DNA of 64,000 nucleotides, taken from NCBI GenBank assembly GCA_022774755.1, contig JALFLK010000005.1, forward strand, positions 11,733 to 75,732, read 5' to 3'. Numbering within the stretch: position 1 is the first letter of the stretch; each line of letters opens with the position of its first letter. Shown one piece after another: positions 38,930-48,669 of this stretch. Both the position numbers and the translations under genes were made by a program. The notes beneath the pieces are model-generated. The model searched no databases, was not told the origin of the DNA, and saw only the letters and a list, made by a program, of their open reading frames with translations. This DNA comes from a bacterium. Lineage in GTDB: Bacteria > Bacillota > Clostridia > Oscillospirales > Acutalibacteraceae.

Positions 38930-41800
38930 TTATTCATCTCTGCCGCAGCACTTCTTGTATTTTTTACCGCTGCCGCAGGGACACGGGTCGTTTCTGCCGA
39001 CTTTTTTGCCTTTTCTGACGGTTTTGTTTACGGTGTCGGTTCCGTCGGAGGATGTAGCCGTAGGCTTTGCAACCTGTTCCCTTTTAAGCGCAAAGGTAAC
39101 AGGGTTTGGCTTTGGCTGTTCTTCGCCCTTATTTAAGATAACCTGATGGGCTGCGGCGGCCTTTTCCTCTGCAAGGCGCTTTGCCTCCTCAAAAGCTTTT
39201 TGGCGTTTCTGAATTTCCAGAACACGCTTAGGCGCCACAAGCATAAGCTTTACGGTATCCTCACGAATGTTCTCAATCATCTCGTCAAACATACCGAAGC
39301 CTTCCAGCTTATACTCAACAACAGGGTCGTGCTGACCGTAAGAACGCAGGCGGATACCTGTTTTAAGCTGTTCCATATTGTCGATATGATCCATCCAATG
39401 GGTATCAACGCTCTTGAGCAGATAAACACGCTCCATTTCACGCATTGTATCATTGTCAACAAGCTCTTCGTTTTCTTTGTAGATTTCCTTTGCGTCGGCG
39501 ATAATCATATCTCTGATTTCGTCAGCCTCAATCCTCTCAAATTCCTGAGGAGTAAAGGTGTATTTGCTTTTATCCTTTATGAGCCAGTCGCCGTAAAATT
39601 CAAGAAGTCCCTGCAAGTTCCAGTTCTCGTGCAGGCCCTCGGGCAGATAGTGCTTGACATTGGTGTCGATTGTCTGCTCAAGCATACCGATAATTGTATC
39701 TCTCAAATCCTCGCCGTTCAATACCTGGTCACGCTGTTTGTAGATAATCTCACGCTGGCGGTTCATAACATCGTCATACTGGAGGACATCCTTACGAATA
39801 CCGAAGTTCCTTGTTTCTACCTTTTCCTGAGAGCTTTCAATTATATTGGAAAGCATTTTGTTTTCAATGGGCATATCTTCGTCAACATTAAGGCGTTCCA
39901 TCATAGCCTTCATTCTGTCGCCGCCGAAAAGGCGCATCAAATCGTCTTCACAGGAAAGGAAGAAACGGCTGGTACCGGGATCGCCCTGACGGCCGGAACG
40001 ACCACGGAGCTGATTGTCAATACGGCGTGACTCGTGACGCTCTGTACCGATTATGTAAAGTCCGCCTGCCTCTTTAACCTTTTCTGCCTCGCCTTTGATT
40101 TCGTCTTTATATTTCTGATTTAATTCCGAGAAAGTTTTTCTTGCGTCCAGAATTTCCTGATTGTCTGTTTCTGCAAAGCCCGTTGCCTCTTCAATCATTT
40201 CTTCGCTGTAATTCTGTTTGCGCATAGACGCCTTTGCCATATACTCTGCGTTACCGCCCAGCACAATATCGGTACCACGGCCTGCCATATTGGTTGCGAT
40301 TGTAACTGCTCCGAACTTACCTGCCTGAGCTACAATTTCCGCCTCTTTGTCGTGCTGTTTTGCGTTGAGGACATTGTGCTTTATGCCTCTCTTTTTAAGC
40401 ATTTTGCTCAAAAGCTCTGATTTTTCAATGGAGATTGTACCTACAAGCACCGGCTGTCCTTTGCTGTGGCACTCTTCAATCTGGCTGATAACCGACTTAA
40501 ACTTGCCCATCTCCGTTTTAAAGATTACATCAGGCAAATCAACTCTTGCCAGAGGCTTGTTTGTAGGAACTTCCACAACATCAAGGCTGTAAATCTCTTC
40601 AAATTCCTGAGCCTCTGTCTGGGCGGTACCTGTCATACCGCTGAGCTTATTATAAAGACGGAAGTAGTTCTGGAAAGTAATGGTGGCAAGAGTTTTGCTT
40701 TCGTTCTGAATTTTTACGCCTTCCTTAGCTTCAATCGCCTGGTGCAGACCCTCGTTAAAGCGTCTGCCGTACATAAGACGGCCTGTAAATTCATCGACAA
40801 TAATAACCTCGCCGTCTTTAACAACATAGTCAACATCCAGCTTCATAACTCCGTTAGCCTTAATCGCCTGGTTAATGTGGTGCTGATAAGAAAGGTTGTC
40901 AGGGTCGGAAAGGTTTTCAAGTCCGAAAAACTCCTCCGCCTTTTTGACGCCGTTTTGAGTAAGGGTGGCGGTTTTCTGCTTTTCATCTACAATATAATCA
41001 ATCTGATTTTCGGCGTAAAAGCTCTCCATATCCTCTTTTGTATCCACTTCGGCAAATCTGTGAACCTTAAGTGTTTTTGCAAAGGCGTTCGCCTTGCTGT
41101 AAAGGTCGGTGGATTTATCTCCCTTGCCGGAAATAATAAGCGGAGTTCTCGCCTCATCAATCAGGATTGAGTCCACCTCGTCCACGATTGCAAAGGCATG
41201 GCCACGCTGAACCTTCTGCTCCTTGTAAACAACCATATTGTCACGGAGGTAGTCAAAGCCCAGCTCGTTGTTTGTTCCGTATGTAATGTCGCAGTTATAT
41301 GCGGCTTTTCTCTGATCGTTGTCAAGGTCGTGAACAATAAGTCCCACGGTAAGTCCCAGATAGCGGTAAAGCTTGCCCATCCACTCGGAGTCACGGCGTG
41401 CAAGGTAATCGTTGACGGTTACAATGTGAACGCCCTCTCCGGTAAGTCCGTTAAGGTAAGCGGGCAAGGTTGCCACCAGAGTTTTACCTTCACCTGTTTT
41501 CATCTCGGCAATTCTGCCCTGATGAAGAACAATTCCTCCCAAAATCTGTACGGGGAAATGCTTCATTCCCAAAACACGCCATGACGCCTCTCTGCAAACT
41601 GCAAATGCGTCGGGCAGAATATCGTCGGTGGTTTCTCCGTTTGCAAGGCGCTTTTTGAGTATGTCTGTCTGGGATTTAAGCTCAGACTCGCTCATATCTG
41701 CATATTTGCTCTCAAGAGCAAGCACCTTATCGCACAAGGGCTGAATTCTCTTTACCTCTTTTTTGCTGTAATTGCCGAAAAATGACCTAAATATATTCAT
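38930..41800 (-). CDS. secA: Preprotein translocase subunit SecA
   Basis: [52 protein letters not shown]. Confidence 0.98.
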   Translation of the reverse strand: MNIFRSFFGNYSKKEVKRIQPLCDKVLALESKYADMSESELKSQTDILKKRLANGETTDDILPDAFAVCREASWRVLGMKHFPVQILGGIVLHQGRIAEMKTGEGKTLVATLPAYLNGLTGEGVHIVTVNDYLARRDSEWMGKLYRYLGLTVGLIVHDLDNDQRKAAYNCDITYGTNNELGFDYLRDNMVVYKEQKVQRGHAFAIVDEVDSILIDEARTPLIISGKGDKSTDLYSKANAFAKTLKVHRFAEVDTKEDMESFYAENQIDYIVDEKQKTATLTQNGVKKAEEFFGLENLSDPDNLSYQHHINQAIKANGVMKLDVDYVVKDGEVIIVDEFTGRLMYGRRFNEGLHQAIEAKEGVKIQNESKTLATITFQNYFRLYNKLSGMTGTAQTEAQEFEEIYSLDVVEVPTNKPLARVDLPDVIFKTEMGKFKSVISQIEECHSKGQPVLVGTISIEKSELLSKMLKKRGIKHNVLNAKQHDKEAEIVAQAGKFGAVTIATNMAGRGTDIVLGGNAEYMAKASMRKQNYSEEMIEEATGFAETDNQEILDARKTFSELNQKYKDEIKGEAEKVKEAGGLYIIGTERHESRRIDNQLRGRSGRQGDPGTSRFFLSCEDDLMRLFGGDRMKAMMERLNVDEDMPIENKMLSNIIESSQEKVETRNFGIRKDVLQYDDVMNRQREIIYKQRDQVLNGEDLRDTIIGMLEQTIDTNVKHYLPEGLHENWNLQGLLEFYGDWLIKDKSKYTFTPQEFERIEADEIRDMIIADAKEIYKENEELVDNDTMREMERVYLLKSVDTHWMDHIDNMEQLKTGIRLRSYGQHDPVVEYKLEGFGMFDEMIENIREDTVKLMLVAPKRVLEIQKRQKAFEEAKRLAEEKAAAAHQVILNKGEEQPKPNPVTFALKREQVAKPTATSSDGTDTVNKTVRKGKKVGRNDPCPCGSGKKYKKCCGRDE

Positions 41801-41843
41801 AAGTTACATTCCTTTCACTGTTGTTCCGTATTATAGAGCTTAG

Positions 41844-41961
41844 GGAAACACTGATTAAATTGTTTTTTCATATTGCGCCGTCAAATTTTTTGAGCAAACC
41901 GGCGAAAAATATTCAAGCAAGATGTGCAAACAGCTTTCAGCGTGATTTATTCAATGTTTCC
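41844..41961 (+). mobile_element. MITE-like element (118 bp) with TIRs and TTAG target duplication
   Basis: Starts GGAAACACTGATTAAAT, ends ATTTATTCAATGTTTCC; TTAG on both flanks; no ORF of note. Confidence 0.8.
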
Positions 41962-43359
41962 TTAGCTTACTGCCGAAGCCTTCAGGCTTTCAGCCGCCTG
42001 AATCATAGCCGCACGGGCGACGGGGCCTGCATTTGAAAAGCCCATACCTCCGTGTTCCACTACCGCCGCAAAAGCAAGGGGGCAGTCCTCGTCGGTGGAA
42101 AATCCCACCATCCAGGCGTTAGGCTCCTTGCCCTCGCCTGTTTCGCCTGTTCCCGTTTTGGCGCATACCGTCAGTCCGCCGAACAGGCCGTCTCCGTAAT
42201 AATCGGATATTGTATATCTCATAAGCTCCTTAAGCTTAGCAGCCGTTGAGGGGCTTACAAGCTCGTCTTCCTCCGTACCCGGCAGGGTTATGCCCAGCTT
42301 TGTGAAGAAGGACGTGGAGTCATCCATAAAATAGGGCGTTTTTGTTTTTCCGCCGTTAGCTATTGCTCCGCATATAATCGCCATCTGCATAGGATTAACC
42401 ATATCGTCGTACTGGCCTACACCCGACCATGCAAGCTGATTGGTATTTGCGTTGCTTACATCGTAATTGCCCTTGGCGGTTTCCACTCCGCTTACGGTAA
42501 AGCTTGAGTTAATTCCCATTTTTTCAGCGGTTTGCGTAAGCTTATCTGCTCCCAGCTCTACGGCAAGCTCTGCAAAAACAATGTTGCAGGAATGAGCCAT
42601 AGCCTCTTTAAATGTTATTTCGCCGTGATATTCCATACAGGTTACGTCGCTTCCGCCGATTTCTTCTTTTTCTGCACAATAAAATGTTCTTGATTCAATA
42701 TCGGGGATATTTTCAATAGCGGCAGCGGCGGTTACAATCTTAAAAATCGAACCCGGAATATAGCTGGAGGACAACACATGGTCGAGGTAAACGCCCTCGT
42801 ATTCATCCTGATTATCCTCTGTTATTTCGGGAGGAGCCTGAGGGTCGTAGCCCTTTGAGCTGACCGAGCAGATAACCTCCCCGGTTTTGTAATTATATAC
42901 CACGCAGGCTCCGTCTCTGCCGTCGAGGACTTCGTAAGCCGCCTTGCAGGTTTCTGCGTCAACGGTGAGCCTGATGTCGTTGTGAGTTTTAAGGGTTTCG
43001 GGCATACCGACGCCCCAGATGAAATTGTAGCCCGTCAGCTGTGAACGGTACATACTCTGAACAGAGGTTGATATATTAAGTGAGTTGTCGCCTACAATAT
43101 GGAGCAGAGCCTCTCTTGTATCGGCGTCCTGATGATAAACTCGCTCACCGTCCACCGATTGAGCCAGAATCTCGCCGTTTCTGTCGTATACGGCACCTGC
43201 CTGCTCAAGCCCTCCGCTGCCGGAGATGTGACCGTTATAAGCCTGGTCAACCCAGTCTGAGCAATTTGTCAGCAAGAGAAATGTAAAATAGCCCAATCCG
43301 CACAAAAATGCCAGCGCCACTAACATTATCAGCCAACTTCTTTGAAGTGTTCTTTTCAT
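41962..43359 (-). CDS. Class B penicillin-binding protein (PbpA-like transpeptidase)
   Basis: SIFK (SxxK), SCN (SxN), KTGT (KTG) motifs; N-terminal TM helix. Confidence 0.9.
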   Translation of the reverse strand: MKRTLQRSWLIMLVALAFLCGLGYFTFLLLTNCSDWVDQAYNGHISGSGGLEQAGAVYDRNGEILAQSVDGERVYHQDADTREALLHIVGDNSLNISTSVQSMYRSQLTGYNFIWGVGMPETLKTHNDIRLTVDAETCKAAYEVLDGRDGACVVYNYKTGEVICSVSSKGYDPQAPPEITEDNQDEYEGVYLDHVLSSSYIPGSIFKIVTAAAAIENIPDIESRTFYCAEKEEIGGSDVTCMEYHGEITFKEAMAHSCNIVFAELAVELGADKLTQTAEKMGINSSFTVSGVETAKGNYDVSNANTNQLAWSGVGQYDDMVNPMQMAIICGAIANGGKTKTPYFMDDSTSFFTKLGITLPGTEEDELVSPSTAAKLKELMRYTISDYYGDGLFGGLTVCAKTGTGETGEGKEPNAWMVGFSTDEDCPLAFAAVVEHGGMGFSNAGPVARAAMIQAAESLKASAVS

Positions 43360-43533
43360 AAACGGCATCCTTTCTCAAAAGTCCCCTCTGCAGTGGCAGA
43401 GCGCTTAACCAAACCGAAATAATAAGCTAAACAGAAACGATAAATCAAACCAAAATAATGTTATATATCCTTGTTTTAACAAATATGTGTCGGTTTTGTG
43501 TTGATATTTAAAAATATTCTCAGGAAGAAATGA

Positions 43534-45207
43534 TTATTTCTTTACAGCATATGTTCTTTCGTCCGCAGCCTTAATAAACGCCAAAAGTCCCCAGCAGGAA
43601 ATCATACTTGAACCGCCGAGGCTGATAAAGGGAAGCGTAACGCCGGTCAAAGGCAGAATATCGGTTGCGCCGAAAATATTAAGCGCCATCTGAATAACAA
43701 GCAGTCCTGCAGCACAGCACGCCGTTACGGAATAAAATGTGCTTCGGCTTCTTGTTGTAACGCTTCTTGCATAAATAATCAGCGCCATTATTGCGATTGC
43801 AACCGTAAAGGCAACTATAACGCCAAGCTCCTCGGCTACAATTCCGAAAACAAGGTCGCTTTCGGAGGCAAACACATATTTCAGACATCCGTTGCCTACA
43901 CCGACGCCGAAAAGTCCGCCGCTTGCTATATATGTAAGCACTCTCGCCATCTGAAAACCGGCGTTCTGGGGGTCTTCCATTGCGTGTCCCCAAACGGCAA
44001 AACGGCTGGCGATGTAAGGTTTAAACTTCAGTACGATTGTTCCGCCGAACACAGCCGCCGCAACAGCCAGTATAACGGTTTTGAAATCGCCGGAACGCAT
44101 AAACGCCATAAGCAAAAATGTGGCGAAGAAAATAAGCGCAGTTCCGAAGTCGCCCATAAGGGCAAGTCCGCCAACGCATACGGCGGAGAATATGATAAAT
44201 TCCAAAAGGTTTTTCTTGGTCTGCATTACATCGAGGCTTGAAGCGCCCACGATTATGTAAATTACCTTTACAAATTCCGAAGGCTGAATTGACACTCCGC
44301 CGATTTTAATCCAGTTGGCTGCGCCGTAGCTTATCTTGCCGAACACTATGCTGACGCCCAGCAGACAAACAGCCAGAATCATAAGGTAAATTCGGAATTT
44401 TGCAATACGGTCGGGGTCTTCTATAACCTTTATAATAATGCAGAACAGTATCATTCCCGCAACGGCGGCTACAAGCTGAACAAATGCGCTTTTCAGTTCC
44501 TGCCGTACAAGCAGAACAGCGCCTATTCCCGTAAGGAACAACGCCAGGGATTCAAGCTCAAAGTTCACCCTGCGGAGTATCACCGTTGAAACAAAGAAAA
44601 ATCCCCATTCTGCAAACGCCAAAAGTCCGAACACCGCCATGGGTGTGTAGTCTCTAACCTCGTTTGTGAAGCACGCCTCCACCGTAAGGAAAAAGTGGAA
44701 CAGCGTTATTAAAAGCAAAAGCTTATAGGGCTTTATTGCAGGCTTGTTGCTGACCTTTGAGAAAAACCAGGTAGGGCCTAATTTTTCGTGAAATTCCTCT
44801 CCTCTTTTAAAGGTAAAGGTCGAGTAGCCCACGGTGATTTTGTCGTCAATATAAACCTGGGTTCTGCCGTGGGTCTTTTTGCCGTTTACATAAGTACCTG
44901 TCTTGGAGTCGGTATCGTTAATAAACCAGCCCTCTTTTCGCCTGAGCAAAACGCAGTGGTTTCTCGACACCGCAGGGTCGTCAACAAAAATATCGCTTGC
45001 TTTGCTTCTTCCCAGGGAATTTTCCCAAAAAAGCACGGGTATTTTTAAATCAGTAACCTCATTGTGAAGCAACACAAGGGGTTTTTCGGGACGGCGGCGC
45101 CTTCTCATAGAGGCGTAGCACTGGTAAACGATAACTATTGCATAAACAGGCAGCAGCATCCTGAGAGCCACCACGGCAATGTCCATAATTACTGTCATTT
45201 TAGTCAA
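43534..45207 (-). CDS. FHA-domain fused FtsW/RodA/SpoVE (SEDS) protein
   Basis: LGRS......DDPAVSRNH..L, DS.TGTYVNG FHA motifs; IQPSEF.K, GDFGTA, GVTLPFIS.GGSS SEDS motifs. Confidence 0.9.
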   Translation of the reverse strand: MTKMTVIMDIAVVALRMLLPVYAIVIVYQCYASMRRRRRPEKPLVLLHNEVTDLKIPVLFWENSLGRSKASDIFVDDPAVSRNHCVLLRRKEGWFINDTDSKTGTYVNGKKTHGRTQVYIDDKITVGYSTFTFKRGEEFHEKLGPTWFFSKVSNKPAIKPYKLLLLITLFHFFLTVEACFTNEVRDYTPMAVFGLLAFAEWGFFFVSTVILRRVNFELESLALFLTGIGAVLLVRQELKSAFVQLVAAVAGMILFCIIIKVIEDPDRIAKFRIYLMILAVCLLGVSIVFGKISYGAANWIKIGGVSIQPSEFVKVIYIIVGASSLDVMQTKKNLLEFIIFSAVCVGGLALMGDFGTALIFFATFLLMAFMRSGDFKTVILAVAAAVFGGTIVLKFKPYIASRFAVWGHAMEDPQNAGFQMARVLTYIASGGLFGVGVGNGCLKYVFASESDLVFGIVAEELGVIVAFTVAIAIMALIIYARSVTTRSRSTFYSVTACCAAGLLVIQMALNIFGATDILPLTGVTLPFISLGGSSMISCWGLLAFIKAADERTYAVKK

Positions 45208-45476
45208 TGCCCTTTCTGCCGCAGTTTCTTTATGCTCTTCACATATAACGGATTATCTGCGGCAAGTATTACAAGTATTGTAAATGTCTGTTAACAACAC
45301 CTATTTTTCCACTTTAATGATAATTATTCAAAGTATAATATATCCTAAAACCGACCCAATGTCAACAAATGGAACGGGTATTTTTTTGCAAATTTCCAAT
45401 AGCGAAAAAAATTCCACTGTTTTCCCTTTTATTTTGCAAAATAAGTGATTTTACGCAAATTTTCCGACAAAAACTA

Positions 45477-45505
45477 TTGTAATGTTTTTTAAAAAGCTAT
45501 ATAAT
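45477..45505 (+). promoter_or_regulatory. Sigma-A promoter of IscU-like/GGGtGRT operon
   Basis: TTGTAA-17 nt-TATAAT. Confidence 0.6.
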
Positions 45506-45603
45506 ATCTGCGTATGAGTGGATTTGCGGAGCCGCCGCCTGCTTGTGCGGTGTGTTCAGTTATCAGGGCTCAAACAATTATTATTGTGAAAGGAGAAGTA
45601 CAT

Positions 45604-46296
45604 ATGATTTATTCAAAAGAAGTTGAAAATATGTGTACTGTTGCAAAGGGACCTAAGCACGGTCCGGCACCTATTCCCGAAGAGGGTAAATGGGTAAAAT
45701 CTTACGATATCAAAGACATCTCCGGTCTTTCTCACGGTATCGGTTGGTGTGCGCCTCAGCAGGGCGCCTGCAAGCTGACCCTTAACGTAAAAGACGGTAT
45801 TGTTGAAGAGGCTCTTGTTGAAACCATCGGCTGTTCGGGTATGACTCACTCTGCGGCTATGGCGGCAGAAATTCTGCCTAACAAAACCCTCCTTGAGTGT
45901 CTTAACACCGACTTGGTTTGCGACGCTATCAACACAGCTATGAAGAATATTTTTGAACAGCTCGTTTACGGCAGAAGCCAGACGGCTTTCTCCGAGGGCG
46001 GTCTTCCCGTTGGCGCCGGTCTTGAAGACTTGGGCAAGGGACTTCGTTCTCAGGTAGGCACAATGTTCTCTACCAACAAAAAAGGCGTTCGTTATATGGA
46101 AATGGCAGAGGGATACGTTCTTAAAACTGCTCTTGACGAAAACAACGAGGTATGCGGCTATCAATTTGTTAAGCTTGGCAAAATGATGGAGGATATCCGC
46201 CACGGCGTTGAGCCTAATGAAGCTTATAAAAACAACATCGGTCAGTACGGTCGTTTTGACAATGCGGCTAAGTACATTGACCCCCGTGAAGAATAA
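45604..46296 (+). CDS. IscU/NifU-N-like protein with C-terminal extension
   Basis: Three IscU-spaced Cys motifs (GWCAP, IGCSG, LVCD); AAAGGAG RBS. Confidence 0.85.
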   Translation: MIYSKEVENMCTVAKGPKHGPAPIPEEGKWVKSYDIKDISGLSHGIGWCAPQQGACKLTLNVKDGIVEEALVETIGCSGMTHSAAMAAEILPNKTLLECLNTDLVCDAINTAMKNIFEQLVYGRSQTAFSEGGLPVGAGLEDLGKGLRSQVGTMFSTNKKGVRYMEMAEGYVLKTALDENNEVCGYQFVKLGKMMEDIRHGVEPNEAYKNNIGQYGRFDNAAKYIDPREE

Positions 46297-46317
46297 TAGG
46301 TAAGGAGGAACTTAATT

Positions 46318-47322
46318 ATGGCAGTAACATTTGAAAGTAAAGAAAGAAGAATGCCTAAAATTGAGAAATGCCTTGCCAAATACGGTATCGCAAGTCTTGA
46401 AGAGGCAAGAGAGCTTTGCAACAACTTGGGCTTTGACCCTTATCAGATTGTTAAAGATGTTCAGCCAATCGCATTTGAAAATGCAAGCTGGGCTTACACC
46501 CTGGGCTGTGCAGTTGCAATCAAAAAAGGCGTTACAACAGCCGCTGACGCAGCCGAGGCTATCGGCGAGGGTCTTGAGGCTTTCTGTATTCCCGGTTCTG
46601 TTGCGGAGCAGAGAAACGTAGGCTTAGGACACGGTAACCTGGGCGCAATGCTCTTAAGGGATGAAACAAAGTGCTTCGCATTCCTTGCAGGTCACGAAAG
46701 CTTTGCCGCTGCCGAGGGCGCTATCGGTATTGCAAGAAACGCTAACAAGGCAAGAAAAGAGCCCCTGAGAGTTATCCTCAACGGCTTGGGCAAGGACGCA
46801 GCTTACATTATTTCGAGAATCAACGGCTTTACATATGTTAAAACAGAGTTTGATTACTTTACAAGCGAGCTTAAAATCGTTGAAGAGAGAGCTTTCTCCG
46901 ACGGCGAGCGTGCGGCTGTACGCTGCTACGGCGCTGACGATGTTCGTGAAGGCGTTGCAATTATGCAGCACGAGAATGTCGGCGTTTCAATTACAGGTAA
47001 CTCCTCCAACCCCACACGTTTCCAGCACCTTGTTGCCGGCACATACAAAAAGTGGGCTATCGAAAACGGCGTTAAGTACTTCTCAGTTGCTTCCGGCGGC
47101 GGCACAGGCCGTACGCTTCATCCCGATAATATGGGTGCAGGTCCTGCTTCTTACGGTCTTACAGACTCTATGGGTCGTATGCACGGCGACGCTCAGTTTG
47201 CAGGTTCTTCTTCTGTTCCTGCTCACGTTGAGATGATGGGTCTTATCGGAATGGGCAACAACCCAATGGTAGGCGCAACAGTTGCCTGCGCAGTTGCAGT
47301 TTACGAGGGATTAAAGAAATAA
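46318..47322 (+). CDS. GGGtGRT family protein (function unknown)
   Basis: SGGGTGRTLHPD signature; FLAGHESFAAAEGAI; PAHVEMMG. Confidence 0.92.
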   Translation: MAVTFESKERRMPKIEKCLAKYGIASLEEARELCNNLGFDPYQIVKDVQPIAFENASWAYTLGCAVAIKKGVTTAADAAEAIGEGLEAFCIPGSVAEQRNVGLGHGNLGAMLLRDETKCFAFLAGHESFAAAEGAIGIARNANKARKEPLRVILNGLGKDAAYIISRINGFTYVKTEFDYFTSELKIVEERAFSDGERAAVRCYGADDVREGVAIMQHENVGVSITGNSSNPTRFQHLVAGTYKKWAIENGVKYFSVASGGGTGRTLHPDNMGAGPASYGLTDSMGRMHGDAQFAGSSSVPAHVEMMGLIGMGNNPMVGATVACAVAVYEGLKK

Positions 47323-47342
47323 TTGTTTCACACCTTGATTTT

Positions 47343-47372
47343 AAGCGGAAAGCATTTGCTTTCCGCTTTTTT
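47343..47372 (+). terminator. Rho-independent terminator
   Basis: AAGCGGAAAGC/GCTTTCCGCTT stem plus T tract. Confidence 0.85.
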
Positions 47373-47496
47373 GTTTCTCTAAACGTTCCAAAAAGCAATA
47401 TATGTAATTTATCCCCTAAAAAATGCAATTTACCGAAAAAGTCTTTTAAAATTTTTGAGCTTTTGCCATAATATTAACAGTCAAGGGGGAATGCAG

Positions 47497-47721
47497 ATGA
47501 AAATCAACGTTATTCACGACAGTGGCTGTGAAGAAACAGAGGTTACCATAAAATGCGCCTATGTTGACGATAATCTTCAAAAGGTTATCAATTTGCTGGA
47601 ATCTGAAAACCCCTTTGCCCGACCGTTTCTCTCCTTACGCTTTCTGCTTTTTCCGCCCCGGGTTTTTCGCTCCGAGTTTTTCGCTCCGAGTTTTTCGCTC
47701 CGGGCAGACAGTATCATCTAA
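47497..47721 (+). pseudogene. Truncated LytTR-family regulator (N-terminal ~38 aa only)
   Basis: MKINV.....EETEVTIKC...DD....VI.LL is typical of stand-alone LytTR N-termini; the remainder is low-complexity repeat. Confidence 0.6.
47662..47703 (+). repeat. 3 x 14-bp tandem repeat GTTTTTCGCTCCGA
   Basis: Read directly from the sequence. Confidence 0.9.
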
Positions 47722-47789
47722 TCGCAAACTTCCTTGCCCGACAATTAAACACTTAGAAAGGTTCATATAAAAGTTCACATAATCAAAAA

Positions 47790-47833
47790 CCCCATACACC
47801 AGGCAATGCAGATAACACCTGATATATGGGGTG
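47790..47833 (-). repeat. 44-bp hairpin repeat, copy 2 (terminator-like, after carD)
   Basis: Homolog of 15597-15640; T tract on the minus strand. Confidence 0.75.
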
Positions 47834-47992
47834 ATTTTATGTATTGAAAAAGTTTACATTCACCAACGATTTTGCAGACAAAAGGACAGCTCTCCTTACA
47901 CAGGGGAGCTTTATTATCCTGCCTTTATAAAATGAAACCGAATAAACTGTCGTCACAAATAACAAAATGCCGAAACTGCACAAAAGCCTTTA

Positions 47993-48514
47993 TTAACACA
48001 AATGTTTCAAACCGCACAGGCTAAGCTTCTTCCTTATCAGCGGCAAGACCTCGTCGGGGCTGATATTCAGCACAAAAGCAAATTCGTCAAACAGCAGTTT
48101 TTCTGCTTCTTTTAAAATTCTTTCATCGGAAGAATGGAGCTTTTTGCCTATTTTCTCCTTTTCGCTTCTTCTGAAAAACAGCGTCTTGATTACCCTTGAT
48201 ATTTCCTGTCTGTTTCCGCCTGAGAGTACCTTTTTGTAGCAGTCTTTTCTTTCCGATTCGTTTTCTATCCAAATGTATTCATCTTCGGGGATATGCTCTA
48301 TAATTTGTTCAACCTCTTCGCATGTGAGAACCCTGTGGAGTCTTGAATACAAAAGCTGATTATCCAGCGGTACGAAAATCGTATCCCGCCTGTCGTAAAC
48401 AGGTTTCAGCACCAGATATTTTTTTATTTCTCCGCCGAATTTCCGCTCTGCTATTGATGTTACTATGCAAACTCCCTGTGACCCGTACACAACGGCGTCG
48501 TTCACCTTATACAT
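47993..48514 (-). CDS. carD: CarD/CdnL family transcriptional regulator
   Basis: YKVND.VVYG..GVC.V..I, L..AEKLL..E.AFVL. Confidence 0.88.
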   Translation of the reverse strand: MYKVNDAVVYGSQGVCIVTSIAERKFGGEIKKYLVLKPVYDRRDTIFVPLDNQLLYSRLHRVLTCEEVEQIIEHIPEDEYIWIENESERKDCYKKVLSGGNRQEISRVIKTLFFRRSEKEKIGKKLHSSDERILKEAEKLLFDEFAFVLNISPDEVLPLIRKKLSLCGLKHLC

Positions 48515-48669
48515 TCAGATATTTTCCTTTCCGATAAGCTTTATTTACGCTTTCAATCAAAACACTTTCCATAAATTTCTTATTGTTATTATACCACTTG
48601 CGGCTGAAAAATGTCATAGGCATTTTTTACAAAAAATCAGGCTGTATCGGAAACTAAAAGCCATAAAAA

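Noticed and set aside
39146-41584. Long antisense ORFs opposite secA (294 aa, 234 aa) and similar shadows over argH, glgP and ilvB
   Set aside because: They fully overlap well-supported genes, lack motifs and RBSs, and are expected from codon bias.
45280-45296. WalR box upstream of FHA-rodA
   Set aside because: TGTAAA and TGTTAA are separated by 4 nt, not the required 5.
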